DNA from: an uncultured Erysipelotrichaceae bacterium
Lineage (GTDB): Bacteria; Bacillota_I; Bacilli_A; Erysipelotrichales; Erysipelotrichaceae
Direction: 5' to 3'
Assembly: GCA_902787775.1 (NCBI GenBank)
Contig: CADAHV010000002.1
Location: 1 to 49,470, forward strand
Length of the DNA stretch: 49,470 bases
Of the stretch, positions 1-8,682 are shown piece after piece (positions within the stretch are counted from its first letter, which is position 1; each line of letters starts with the position of its first letter). The position numbers and the translations under genes are program-made. A model generated the notes under the pieces. That model searched no databases, was not told the DNA's origin, and saw only the letters and a list, made by a program, of their open reading frames with translations.

Positions 1-46
1 CTTCGCATTCTTCCAAGCCGTTGCTGACGATGATCATTGCTTTCAT
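1..46 (-). CDS. 5' end of a minus-strand gene that runs off the left edge. The first 15 codons read MKAMIIVSNGLEECE. The family is unknown and a DJ-1/PfpI-like N-terminus is only a guess.
   Basis: Reverse-strand ATG at 44-46 is preceded by GAGGTGG (rc of 51-57). The frame stays open to position 1. It is absent from the ORF track because no stop lies in the window. Confidence 0.35.
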   Translation of the reverse strand, partial: MKAMIIVSNGLEECE

Positions 47-96
47 AATTCCACCTCTGATTCAATTATATGTCTTTTTTGTAGTAGAATGAGTAT

Positions 97-1632
97 ATGA
101 AAAAAATGATGAATCTCTATGAAAGCTGCAAGACACCGATCCGGGTCGCTTATTTCGGTTTCATTCTGGTGGCGATCGGCTTTCTTATTCAGAACGAAAG
201 CGTCAACGTCTTCTATACCTTCCGTTCCAATATAATTCTGTTTATTGCTGAACTGTTTTTGAAGATCGGTGAATTCACCATCATGAATCTTCCGCTGATC
301 TTCATGCTGAATATCGTCTGCAAGAAGGCGAATAATGCAGCGCCGGTCGTCATGGCTCTGGTCGGTTATTTTACCTTTGTGGTGACAACGATGCTGTTTT
401 CGCCGCAGACGCTCAATGCGACGGCATATTCTACCGGTTTTGGCATCAATTCCGTCTTCAACATGCCTTCCGGCACCCGTCTTCCTCTGGAGACCGGCAT
501 GATCGGCTCTTTCCTGGTGGCTTTTGCGACCAGAGCGGCTTTCATCTTCTCACGACACAGAGGCAGCTATTCTCTTTCCAATATCTTTGCCCGTGATACG
601 TCCGGACTGATCTATAATTTCCTGTTCTGCTTTGGTTTGGGAATCGTCGTATCCTATACGTTTCCTTATTTTTATATGTATTTGCAAAGAGGGATCACTT
701 TTATCGCCTCCGACCTGCTTGACCCGATGCGGATCGGCTTGTATTCCGCTTTGGACAGGGTCTTATCGATCCTCGGTTTAGGCAACACCATGCGTTATCC
801 GTTCTGGTATACATCGGTTGGCGGTTCCTTCTCCAATACGGTGACCGGTCAGAGCGTTTTGGGCGATGTGAATATCTGGACCTACATCAAGGACTCCAAC
901 GCATCCTATGTCGGTGCCGGCCGTTTCATCACGCCGTTCTACATCATCAACATGTTTATCATCCCGGCTTACTATCTGGGAACTCTGTTCTCAATGAGCG
1001 ATCGGGCAGACCGCAACGTACTGATCGTCGAGTTCCTGTTTGTGATCCTGCTGTCGGTGATTGCCGGCAATCCTTTGCCGACAGAATTATTGATGCTGAT
1101 GACCTCACCGGCTTTATTGTGCTTCTATCTTGTCATCGTTGCCATCTGTTCCGGTGTTCTGGTAAACTTTGAAGCCTTCCTTGGCTTCTCCAGCCGCATC
1201 AGCAATACGGTCATCGCCATGCCGGGCAGCTTTGCGGATTTCATCATCAACATCCGCAACTCTTCCCTGATCCCGTCGATCCGCACCATTCTGATCGTCG
1301 GCCTGTGCGCTTTTGTCGTCATGCTTGTGCTCACCATGTTCTATTACCGCTTCCTGGCTTTCGACTTCGTCAAGACCGGCAAGGGTGAGATCCTGGTGGA
1401 TGACATCATCCGTGTCGCCGGCGGTCCGGAAAACATCATCAATGCCGGTTCGGGCCTGTTCAAACTCAATGTCTATATCCGCGATCCGGAGAAGATCAAT
1501 TACGAGAAGATACAGGATATCGGTATCCGCAAGGTCGTGGAAACCAGAAACGGTCTGACTTTCGAACTTGGTACTTCGTGCAACGCGATTGCCAGACGCA
1601 TCAACAAAAAGCTGATCAAAGAGACTGCCTGA
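97..1632 (+). CDS. PTS EIIC-type polytopic permease fused to a degenerate EIIB(Glc)-like C-terminal domain
   Basis: 511-aa ORF with many hydrophobic segments. The C-terminal about 80 aa (AGGPENIINAGSGLFKLNVYIRD...) aligns by eye to the EIIB GGxxNI..hCxTRLR motif, but the Cys and Arg positions are replaced. Confidence 0.7.
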   Translation: MKKMMNLYESCKTPIRVAYFGFILVAIGFLIQNESVNVFYTFRSNIILFIAELFLKIGEFTIMNLPLIFMLNIVCKKANNAAPVVMALVGYFTFVVTTMLFSPQTLNATAYSTGFGINSVFNMPSGTRLPLETGMIGSFLVAFATRAAFIFSRHRGSYSLSNIFARDTSGLIYNFLFCFGLGIVVSYTFPYFYMYLQRGITFIASDLLDPMRIGLYSALDRVLSILGLGNTMRYPFWYTSVGGSFSNTVTGQSVLGDVNIWTYIKDSNASYVGAGRFITPFYIINMFIIPAYYLGTLFSMSDRADRNVLIVEFLFVILLSVIAGNPLPTELLMLMTSPALLCFYLVIVAICSGVLVNFEAFLGFSSRISNTVIAMPGSFADFIINIRNSSLIPSIRTILIVGLCAFVVMLVLTMFYYRFLAFDFVKTGKGEILVDDIIRVAGGPENIINAGSGLFKLNVYIRDPEKINYEKIQDIGIRKVVETRNGLTFELGTSCNAIARRINKKLIKETA

Positions 1633-1662
1633 AACTTTGCTGTATGAAATACTTTTCAATTA

Positions 1663-1692
1663 TTGACATTTCTTACAAGTTTGAACTAAAAT
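1663..1692 (+). promoter_or_regulatory. Candidate sigma-A promoter for rpmH (TTGACA, 18-nt spacer, TAAAAT)
   Basis: TTGACA at 1663-1668 and TAAAAT at 1687-1692, about 30 nt upstream of the rpmH ATG. Confidence 0.45.
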
Positions 1693-1721
1693 TGAATAGT
1701 ATTTGAGAAAGGTGGCTTATT

Positions 1722-1862
1722 ATGGCAGCAAAAAGAACGTATCAACCTAGTAAAAGAAGACGCCAGAATGTCCACGGCTTCAGAGCCAGAATGAAGACAG
1801 TCGGCGGTCGTAAGGTATTATCCAGACGTCGTGCTAAAGGCAGAAAGGTATTATCCGCATAA
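1722..1862 (+). CDS. rpmH: 50S ribosomal protein L34
   Basis: 46-aa [49 protein letters not shown], the canonical L34 sequence. GAAAGGTGG RBS upstream. Below the ORF-track size cutoff. Confidence 0.95.
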   Translation: MAAKRTYQPSKRRRQNVHGFRARMKTVGGRKVLSRRRAKGRKVLSA

Positions 1863-1887
1863 AGTCACTCAGGTGACTTTTCATTTA
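1861..1887 (+). terminator. Hairpin between rpmH and rnpA, a possible partial terminator or attenuator
   Basis: AAAGTCAC (1861-1868) pairs with GTGACTTT (1873-1880) around loop TCAG, followed by T-rich TCATTTATT. The stem overlaps the rpmH stop codon. rnpA has no obvious SD. Confidence 0.4.
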
Positions 1888-1889
1888 TT

Positions 1890-2219
1890 ATGAAAAAGCT
1901 CTATCGGGTCAGAAAAAACGAAGAGTTTTCCAAGATCATCGCTTTGAAGCATTCGGCGGCGAATGCCTTTTTTGTTGTGTATTCTTCTCCTAAAAAAGAA
2001 GGAAATGCCAGAGTCGGCATCTCGGTCTCCAAGAAGCTGGGCAATGCCGTGGAACGCAACCGCATCAAGCGCCAGGTCAGAGAGATGACAAGGGCGATCG
2101 TGGACTTTGAAAACTGCCCGAAAGATCTCATCATAATTGTCAGAAAACCCTATTTAAACAGGGCTTTTTCGGACAATAAAAATGATTTGGAAATAGCGAT
2201 TAAAAAGGCTATAATATAA
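1890..2219 (+). CDS. rnpA: Ribonuclease P protein component
   Basis: 109 aa, basic, with the KKLGNAVERNRIKRQVRE (RNR) motif. Sits directly after rpmH. Confidence 0.93.
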   Translation: MKKLYRVRKNEEFSKIIALKHSAANAFFVVYSSPKKEGNARVGISVSKKLGNAVERNRIKRQVREMTRAIVDFENCPKDLIIIVRKPYLNRAFSDNKNDLEIAIKKAII

Positions 2220-2241
2220 CAGTATGAATAAGGAGCACTCT

Positions 2242-3081
2242 ATGAAAAGTAAACGCTTAAAACTGATTTTATCGCTCATAGCTTTGGCGTTTGTATTGAC
2301 CGGCTGTTCTACTTCAACCGAGCTCATTACATTAGATACAACATTCTCGGAGGCAATGAATGACGGTTTCCTTTCCGCCTTCATTACCTATCCGCTTTCT
2401 CAGGCGATCAACTGGCTGACACCGCGTACCGGTATCTTCCTGGCGATCACGATCGTTACCATCGTCATCAACGCTATCGTTCTGGCCTTCACTTTCAAGT
2501 CCAGTGTTGCGATGCAGAAGATGCAGGAGATCCAGCCTGAATTACAGAAGATCCAGGCCAAGTACGAAGGCAGACAGGACGAAATGTCCCAGCAGCGTAT
2601 GGCAATGGAAATGCAGCAGGTTTACAACAAGTACGGCATCAACCCGCTTGGCTCTCTGGCTGCAACATTCATCCAGTTCCCGCTTTTGATCGGTATGTAC
2701 AATGCCGTCAGAAGATCGGATGCGGTTGCCCATGCGACCTTCTTAGGCACCAACCTGTCATTGTCGCCGTCACAGTCGATCCCGGCAAAAGAGTGGCTCA
2801 ACCTGGTCATCTTTGTTCTGATGATCATCTGCCAGTTCATTTCGATCAAGATTCCTCAGTGGCTGGCCGAGAAGCGCGGTAGAGAAGAAGCTGAAAAGCA
2901 CCATAAGACTTACAAGAAGCCGGAAAACCAGAATCAGACGATGACCTACGGCATGCTGGCAATGGTCGCAGTTGCGATGTTCTCCATTCCGTCCGCCGTT
3001 GGACTGTATTACTGTATTTCTTCCATCGTCAATATTGCGAAGACTCTTGTAATTGATCAGATGACACACAAGGAGGCATAA
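2242..3081 (+). CDS. yidC: Membrane protein insertase YidC/OxaA family (lipoprotein type)
   Basis: Lipobox LTGC after the signal peptide, multiple TMs and a basic C-terminal tail. The conserved rnpA-yidC-jag order is present. I chose ATG 2242 because AAGGAG lies at 2230-2235; the ORF opens at 2224. Confidence 0.9.
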   Translation: MKSKRLKLILSLIALAFVLTGCSTSTELITLDTTFSEAMNDGFLSAFITYPLSQAINWLTPRTGIFLAITIVTIVINAIVLAFTFKSSVAMQKMQEIQPELQKIQAKYEGRQDEMSQQRMAMEMQQVYNKYGINPLGSLAATFIQFPLLIGMYNAVRRSDAVAHATFLGTNLSLSPSQSIPAKEWLNLVIFVLMIICQFISIKIPQWLAEKRGREEAEKHHKTYKKPENQNQTMTYGMLAMVAVAMFSIPSAVGLYYCISSIVNIAKTLVIDQMTHKEA

Positions 3082-3083
3082 GG

Positions 3084-3740
3084 ATGAAACAGTATACCGG
3101 AAGAACATTAGATGAAGTACTCAACAGCATTGCCAGTGAGCAGGGTTGCCAGGTACAGGATATAACTTACAATGTGCTCGAAGAAGAAAAGGGTGGTATT
3201 TTCGGTCTTCATAAGTCGATCACCATCGAAGCTTTCACTTCGAAAGATGTCAAAGAATTTATCTTTGATTATCTCGGTGCCTACTTCACTGAATTAAATC
3301 AGGGTGTGGCAATCGAAATCATTGTTGAAAAGGATAAAGAAAAAGAAGATGAACTTCTTTACAGAGTCATCCTCGATGCCGAAAACAATGCGATCATCAT
3401 CGGCAAGAACGGTCAGACCTTAAGAGCGATCTCTACTGTCCTTAAGGCTGCTGTCAATGCGACCTTCAAGAAGAGAATCAACCTGATCGTCGATGTCAAT
3501 CACTATAAGGAAGACAGATACAAGAAGGTTAAGGCCATCGCCAGAAGAGAAGCGATCAATGTCGCAAAGAGCCATGTTGATTGTGAACTCGATCCGATGC
3601 CCAATGACGAAAGAAAGGTCATCCATCAGTATCTGCAGGATTTCAAGAACGTTACGACGGTTTCCGTCGGCGAAGGAAACAAGAGGCACCTTTGCATCAA
3701 ATACGCTCCTGAGAAGAAAGAAGAAGAAACGGAAGCATAA
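3084..3740 (+). CDS. jag: Jag/KhpB-type RNA-binding protein (Jag_N, KH and R3H domains)
   Basis: 218 aa. Contains IIIGKNGQTLRAI (KH-like GxxG) and a C-terminal R3H-like segment ERKVIHQYL. Follows yidC. Confidence 0.85.
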   Translation: MKQYTGRTLDEVLNSIASEQGCQVQDITYNVLEEEKGGIFGLHKSITIEAFTSKDVKEFIFDYLGAYFTELNQGVAIEIIVEKDKEKEDELLYRVILDAENNAIIIGKNGQTLRAISTVLKAAVNATFKKRINLIVDVNHYKEDRYKKVKAIARREAINVAKSHVDCELDPMPNDERKVIHQYLQDFKNVTTVSVGEGNKRHLCIKYAPEKKEEETEA

Positions 3741-3755
3741 CTTCCGTTTTTTTTA
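3728..3755. terminator. Intrinsic terminator shared by convergent jag (+) and the aldolase-family gene (-)
   Basis: AACGGAAG (3728-3735) pairs with CTTCCGTT (3741-3748) and is followed by T7. The jag stop codon lies in the loop. Confidence 0.7.
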
Positions 3756-4394
3756 TTAAGGCTGACCGTAATAGCCACGAGGTTTGGCTTCTTCTTCGAT
3801 CTGTTCTTGCGTTAGTACGGTGATCGGCTTATGGGTACCCAGAGCCAGAAGATAGGTCTCGCAGGTCTCTTCCAGATAAAGCGCTGCCGATAAGGCCTGA
3901 TCGAGGTCTTTGCCATATGCCATGACACCGTGGTTTTTCAAAATGACACACAAACTGTCACCGGCATATTCTACCGTCTGGATGCCCATGCCTTCATCAG
4001 AACTGATGGTGAAAGGCGCAACGTTTACCTGGCCTTTGACTTCTTCCAGCATCGTTGTGGAAATCATCGGCAATACGTCACAAACCAAAGACAGGGCAAG
4101 TGCTTTTGGCTGGTGGGTGTGGATGACGGCGTTGACATCCATATGGTTCAGGATATAGAGGATGGCTTTCAGATCGCTTGTCGGTCTGCGCTTTCCATCG
4201 ATGACCTGTCCCTTCAAATCAAGAACGACGATATCTTGAGGCAACATCGTGTCATAGGACATGGCTGTCGGTGTGACCAGCACGTGATCATCGATCCTTA
4301 AAGAGACATTGCCGCCGGAAAGGCGTATGAGACCATAACGTTCCATTTTTCTGGCTGTTTCGATCAGTTCTTTTCGTTTTTCTTCGTATAACAT
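3756..4394 (-). CDS. Class II aldolase/adducin-family protein, probably a pentulose-5-phosphate 4-epimerase (AraD/SgbE-like) or a fuculose-type aldolase
   Basis: The N-terminus MLYEEKRKELIETARKMERYGLIRLSGGNVSLR and the HTHQP metal-binding His motif match the family. Start at 4394 has a GGAG RBS; the longer ORF to 4469 overlaps the upstream gene. Confidence 0.8.
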   Translation of the reverse strand: MLYEEKRKELIETARKMERYGLIRLSGGNVSLRIDDHVLVTPTAMSYDTMLPQDIVVLDLKGQVIDGKRRPTSDLKAILYILNHMDVNAVIHTHQPKALALSLVCDVLPMISTTMLEEVKGQVNVAPFTISSDEGMGIQTVEYAGDSLCVILKNHGVMAYGKDLDQALSAALYLEETCETYLLALGTHKPITVLTQEQIEEEAKPRGYYGQP

Positions 4395-4404
4395 CCTTGT
4401 CTCC

Positions 4405-5061
4405 TTATCTTTGTGCCTCGTAAGTTCTTCCGATGGAAAGAAAATGATCGTAGGCTTTCTTAAAATCATCAGCTTTAAAGACCGCCCGGCCGATCACCAC
4501 GCCATCGGCACCGGCTCTTACGATCTCTTCCAGGTTGGAATCGTTGATGCCGCCGTCAACCCAGATCGGGATCCTGTCGCCCAGCATCTGTCTGGCTTCA
4601 GTGATCTTTTCCAGTACCGATTTACGAAACGGCAGTCCTTCGACGTCAGCTTCCACCGATACCAGAAGCAGATGATCGATCTGATCCAGATATGGTTTTA
4701 TATAGATCAAAGGTGTTTTCAGATTCAGCGCGATCGATGCTTTTTTATTGTATTTATGAACAGTGGAGAAGAATAGCGAAGGATAATTCAGAGTCTCGAT
4801 ATGGGCAGAGATCATGGCGACCTTGCTCAAACATAGGGCTTCGACATAATCCATCGGATTGTTTACTTCCAGATGGGCGTCAAGTTCCACATCCGTACAT
4901 TGGCAGATCTGTTCGACCATATCCATGCCGAAGCTGATCCCCCTGACGAAGTGACCGTCATCGATATCCAGATGCAGATGTTCGAAGTCTTTTGATTTCT
5001 TCAGAACATTGCGCAGATCCATCAGGTCTGCGGAATAGATGGATGGACTTACGGTAAACAT
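4405..5061 (-). CDS. Ribulose-phosphate 3-epimerase family protein (pentulose/hexulose-phosphate 3-epimerase)
   Basis: MFTVSPSIYSADLMDL...HLDIDDGHFV and the C-terminal VDGGIN...GADGVVIGRA are typical of the RPE TIM barrel. The start at 5061 abuts the kinase stop at 5063. Confidence 0.75.
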   Translation of the reverse strand: MFTVSPSIYSADLMDLRNVLKKSKDFEHLHLDIDDGHFVRGISFGMDMVEQICQCTDVELDAHLEVNNPMDYVEALCLSKVAMISAHIETLNYPSLFFSTVHKYNKKASIALNLKTPLIYIKPYLDQIDHLLLVSVEADVEGLPFRKSVLEKITEARQMLGDRIPIWVDGGINDSNLEEIVRAGADGVVIGRAVFKADDFKKAYDHFLSIGRTYEAQR

Positions 5062-5062
5062 A

Positions 5063-6583
5063 TCAGACCTCCTGTAATGATTCTGCCAGCTGATCAAGGG
5101 CTTGCAGGGCTTTTTCGTAGCGCTCATATTTTTCGGCGTAGATCTTCGCGTAGCGCTTGCGCGGGATGTAGGTCCTGAAAGGACGGACCATGACTTCGAC
5201 GCCTTGTTTCAGATCTTCAAAGACGCCGCATGCCACACCGGCGCCAATCGCCGCACCTCGGGCACCGATCTGGCTTCCTTCGATCGTCTGGATCGGTATC
5301 TGCAAGGCATCGGCCATCATCTGTGACCAGACAGGCGAATTGGACAGGCCGCCGGAAAGCTTGGCGATGGAATAGGACTCGATCGGCCGTTTCAGATTGC
5401 GAACGTGATGAACGCTGGAAAAGACGACGCCTTCATAGATCGCCCGCAAAAGTGAGACATGATCGTCTTTGGCACTGATGTTTAAGAAAGCACCCCGGGC
5501 AAAAGGATGGGTGGCACTTCCGTATATATAAGGTATGAAGATGACATCGCTCTCTTCCGGTCCTCTCATATTGACCTGTTCATTGCATAAGCGGTAGATC
5601 TCCGCATCAGAGATATCCGGTGCGTATTGTTTGATGATGCGGCGGATATACCAGGCGAAATTGCCGGCGGACGTCGGCGCAGAATCTTCCATCAGATAGA
5701 GGTTTTCCATATAGGAAAGGGTCGCGATGTTGGTGCGCTTATCATAGTTGTCGGTAACCGAGCCGACCAGAAACTCATTGATTGACCAGGTCCCGGCAAT
5801 GAGACACAGTTCGCTGTCGTTGAGGATACCGCTGGCCAAAGCATTGGCATCGATATCGAAATATCCGGCAGCGACCGGTGTGCCTTGTTTCAGACCGGTC
5901 TGTTTTTCTGCTTCCTCACTGATTCTTCCGGCGATGGCTGTACTTTTTAAGACCGGCGGAAACATGTCGAGGCACTCATCGATCCCTAAGACATGGAAGA
6001 TATAGGGATCGTATTGCCGGCTTGTGAGGTTCATTAAACCGGTGGAAGAAGCTTCCGTGAGTTCACCGTTGAGCTGCCCGGTCAGTTTATAGCGGATGAA
6101 ATCCTTCATGGACAGAATGTATCTGGTTTTTCGGAGAATGTCAGGGCGATTGGCTTTGAACCAGGGCAAAAGGGCAGCCGGCTGGGCTGACCAGATGGTC
6201 TGCCTGGTCAGGGGATAGAGTGTCCTCTCAGTGCCGTTATTCTTGAAGGTCTGGCAAAGTTCATTTGCCCGGCCGTCCGTCGATACGATGGCCGGATAGA
6301 CTTCCCTGATATTCTCATCGACAAAGACCAGACCGTTGCCATAGGCGGTGATGCCGATCGAAAGGATGTCGGCGGGATCGATCTTACTCTGTTCAAGGAT
6401 CTGCCTGATGAGTCCGGCATTTGCCTGCCAGACTTCTTCGCTGTTTCTTTCACTGAAGCCTGTTTCCGGTGAATCGATGTCAAGGGAACAGGAGGCCACG
6501 GCGATCTGCCTGCCTTCGGTATTGAAAAGAGCGCATTTGATATCACTGCCGCCGTTATCGATGCCAAGAAGGTACTTGTCCAT
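5063..6583 (-). CDS. FGGY-family carbohydrate kinase (xylulokinase / L-xylulose kinase-like)
   Basis: 506 aa. N-terminal LGIDNGGSDIKCALF (actin-fold phosphate-1 motif). C-terminal GGLSNSPVWSQMMADAL...GAAIGAG matches FGGY_C. Confidence 0.85.
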   Translation of the reverse strand: MDKYLLGIDNGGSDIKCALFNTEGRQIAVASCSLDIDSPETGFSERNSEEVWQANAGLIRQILEQSKIDPADILSIGITAYGNGLVFVDENIREVYPAIVSTDGRANELCQTFKNNGTERTLYPLTRQTIWSAQPAALLPWFKANRPDILRKTRYILSMKDFIRYKLTGQLNGELTEASSTGLMNLTSRQYDPYIFHVLGIDECLDMFPPVLKSTAIAGRISEEAEKQTGLKQGTPVAAGYFDIDANALASGILNDSELCLIAGTWSINEFLVGSVTDNYDKRTNIATLSYMENLYLMEDSAPTSAGNFAWYIRRIIKQYAPDISDAEIYRLCNEQVNMRGPEESDVIFIPYIYGSATHPFARGAFLNISAKDDHVSLLRAIYEGVVFSSVHHVRNLKRPIESYSIAKLSGGLSNSPVWSQMMADALQIPIQTIEGSQIGARGAAIGAGVACGVFEDLKQGVEVMVRPFRTYIPRKRYAKIYAEKYERYEKALQALDQLAESLQEV

Positions 6584-6614
6584 ATTGTTTCTTCCTTTCG
6601 ATCATTGTCGTACA

Positions 6615-6670
6615 ACAAAAAACCGTTATCTCTGCTTCTATTATAGAATATGTGCAGTTAAATAACGGTT
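6615..6670 (-). terminator. Long nested hairpin followed by a T-run downstream of the methyltransferase gene
   Basis: AACCGTTAT (6621-6629) pairs with ATAACGGTT (6662-6670). Inner pairs are CTGC/GCAG and TTCTA/TAGAA. The A6 run at 6615-6620 reads as a T-run on the minus strand. Confidence 0.4.
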
Positions 6671-6707
6671 AATCAATATAGATTGTTATCCTGTAAAACA
6701 AATCCGA

Positions 6708-7478
6708 TCAGTCTTCTGCGGCTTCCAGGATGTCTGTGACATGGGAAGAGGCTCCCAACAGTTCGATTCTTTCGCAGGTTGCCATATGAAAATCGATATA
6801 AGCTTTGAAGGTTTCTTCGTCCATCTGGTTGATGGTGCTTCGCATGTAGTCGGTCGCTCCGTCGGCGGCAAAGCGCTTCAGCAGTTTCAGGCCGCAGGCT
6901 TTGTTGAGTTCATCCATTTCTTCAAGCCGGGACTGGAAGAAGATCCCGTCAGGATCGCAGATCCGGAAGTCCTTGTCAAGCTTGTCTTTGATCAGGGAAT
7001 AATTGTTTTCCTTGAAGGCGTATTGAATCAGAGCATATTCGTTCATGATGTAGGTGACAAAGAGGACTCTTTTGCAGATGCGGGCTGCTTCTTTCAAAGC
7101 CTGCAGGCGGTCTTCAAAGGAGTAAAGGTGATACATCGGTCCGAAAAGGATGACGGCATCAAATTCCCTGTCCTTAAGCATGTGCAGATCCCGGGCGTCC
7201 GCTTCAATGATCCGGATCTCCTTGTCCTTGGCCCGCAGCATGCCGATATTGGGTCTGACCAGCTCGACGGCTGTCACATCATAGCCTTCCTGTTTCAGAA
7301 AAAGAGAATACTTGCCCGGTCCGGCGCCGATGTCGGCAATGCGGTCACCCGGCTTTAGATAGTCATGAATGTATTTTATCGATGTGAAAAACTCGACCTG
7401 ACCATGGCGGGTATCCAGTCTCTTGTTTTCATTGAACTTGTTATAGAATCGGGTCAGTTTTTCTTTTGTCTCGTCCAT
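6708..7478 (-). CDS. Class I SAM-dependent methyltransferase
   Basis: Motif I IADIGAGPGKYSLFL, followed by an acidic post-I residue and the ILFGPMYH motif. Start set at MDETKEK (7478). Confidence 0.8.
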   Translation of the reverse strand: MDETKEKLTRFYNKFNENKRLDTRHGQVEFFTSIKYIHDYLKPGDRIADIGAGPGKYSLFLKQEGYDVTAVELVRPNIGMLRAKDKEIRIIEADARDLHMLKDREFDAVILFGPMYHLYSFEDRLQALKEAARICKRVLFVTYIMNEYALIQYAFKENNYSLIKDKLDKDFRICDPDGIFFQSRLEEMDELNKACGLKLLKRFAADGATDYMRSTINQMDEETFKAYIDFHMATCERIELLGASSHVTDILEAAED

Positions 7479-7515
7479 GTTTCCATTATACGTTCTTTGA
7501 ACTATAATAGGGATA

Positions 7516-8682
7516 ATGTTTGAATGGCTGTGCAAGACCCTGATCAAGGATCATCAGAATACCGAAGATGAAAAAGTCAGAGAATCCTATGGCGTTGTTT
7601 TTTCTTTGCTTTCGATCTTCTGCAACATCCTGATGGTCATCTTTAAACTGATCGTTTCCGTTATAAGCAATTCCATCGCCATTCGGGCCGATGCCCTCAA
7701 TAACCTGTCGGATGTCGCTTCCAATATGGCGACTTTGTTTGGCTTCCGTCTGGCCGCGAAACATGCGGATGCCGATCATCCTTATGGCCACGGACGCATG
7801 GAGTATGTTTCCGGCATGATCGTTTCATTTCTGATTCTTCTGGTTGGCCTGGAGGCAATACGGGATGCGGTTTTCAAGATCCTGAAACCTGTTTCCCTGA
7901 ATTTCTCATATCTTACGATGGCCGTCCTTCTTGTCTCGATCGCCATCAAGCTCTTCATGGCCTATATCAATGACAAAGCGGGCAAAAGGATCGATTCGCC
8001 GACCCTCACAGCGGCAGCTGCCGATTCGCGCAATGATGCCCTGATGACGTCTGCCGCTTTTCTTTCATTGGCGATCTTCAAGCTGACCGGCATCAACAGC
8101 GATGCCTGGATCGGACTGATCGTATCGGTTTTTGTATTGAAGGCCGGCATCGGCATTTTCCGTGATGTTCTGGATACGATCCTTGGCAAAGCACCGGATA
8201 AGCAGCTGATCGAAAAGATCGAAAAAGACATACGGTCTCATGAAGGCGTCTTAGGCATTCACGATCTGATCTTACACGATTACGGACCGGGACATCGTTT
8301 CATGTCTTTGCATTGCGAGGTCGACGCTGCAGTACCGATCATGGAGACGCATGATATGATCGACAACATTGAAGTTGAAATCCTGAACAAGTATAAGATC
8401 CTGACGACCATCCACATGGATCCGATCGATACAAGTGATGAACAGGTTTTGAAACTGCGGGAAGAAGTCAGAGAGGCTGTCAAACGTCTTGATCCTTCCT
8501 ATAATATTCACGACTTTCGTATCGTCAAAGGCGTGACCCATACCAATCTGGTCTTTGATGTGCTGATCCCGGCTGAGGATAAGATCGATCATGAGACATT
8601 AAAAAAATCGATCTTTGAAGAGGTTTCAAAGATCGATCCTTCTTATCGCTGTGTTATTCAGGTTGATCATTCTTTTGTATAA
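7516..8682 (+). CDS. Cation diffusion facilitator (CDF) family divalent-metal efflux transporter
   Basis: 388 aa with six TMs. Contains ALNNLSD, HADADHPYGHGR(M)EY and DSRNDA motifs and a C-terminal cytoplasmic domain. Confidence 0.9.
   Translation: MFEWLCKTLIKDHQNTEDEKVRESYGVVFSLLSIFCNILMVIFKLIVSVISNSIAIRADALNNLSDVASNMATLFGFRLAAKHADADHPYGHGRMEYVSGMIVSFLILLVGLEAIRDAVFKILKPVSLNFSYLTMAVLLVSIAIKLFMAYINDKAGKRIDSPTLTAAAADSRNDALMTSAAFLSLAIFKLTGINSDAWIGLIVSVFVLKAGIGIFRDVLDTILGKAPDKQLIEKIEKDIRSHEGVLGIHDLILHDYGPGHRFMSLHCEVDAAVPIMETHDMIDNIEVEILNKYKILTTIHMDPIDTSDEQVLKLREEVREAVKRLDPSYNIHDFRIVKGVTHTNLVFDVLIPAEDKIDHETLKKSIFEEVSKIDPSYRCVIQVDHSFV

Noticed and set aside
1114-1659. 181-aa minus-strand ORF (plus 1125-1337 and 1313-1558) inside the PTS-like gene
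   Set aside because: It lies fully antisense to or overlapping a long hydrophobic permease ORF. The composition is biased toward Asp/Arg/Ala, typical of a shadow frame, and there is no RBS.
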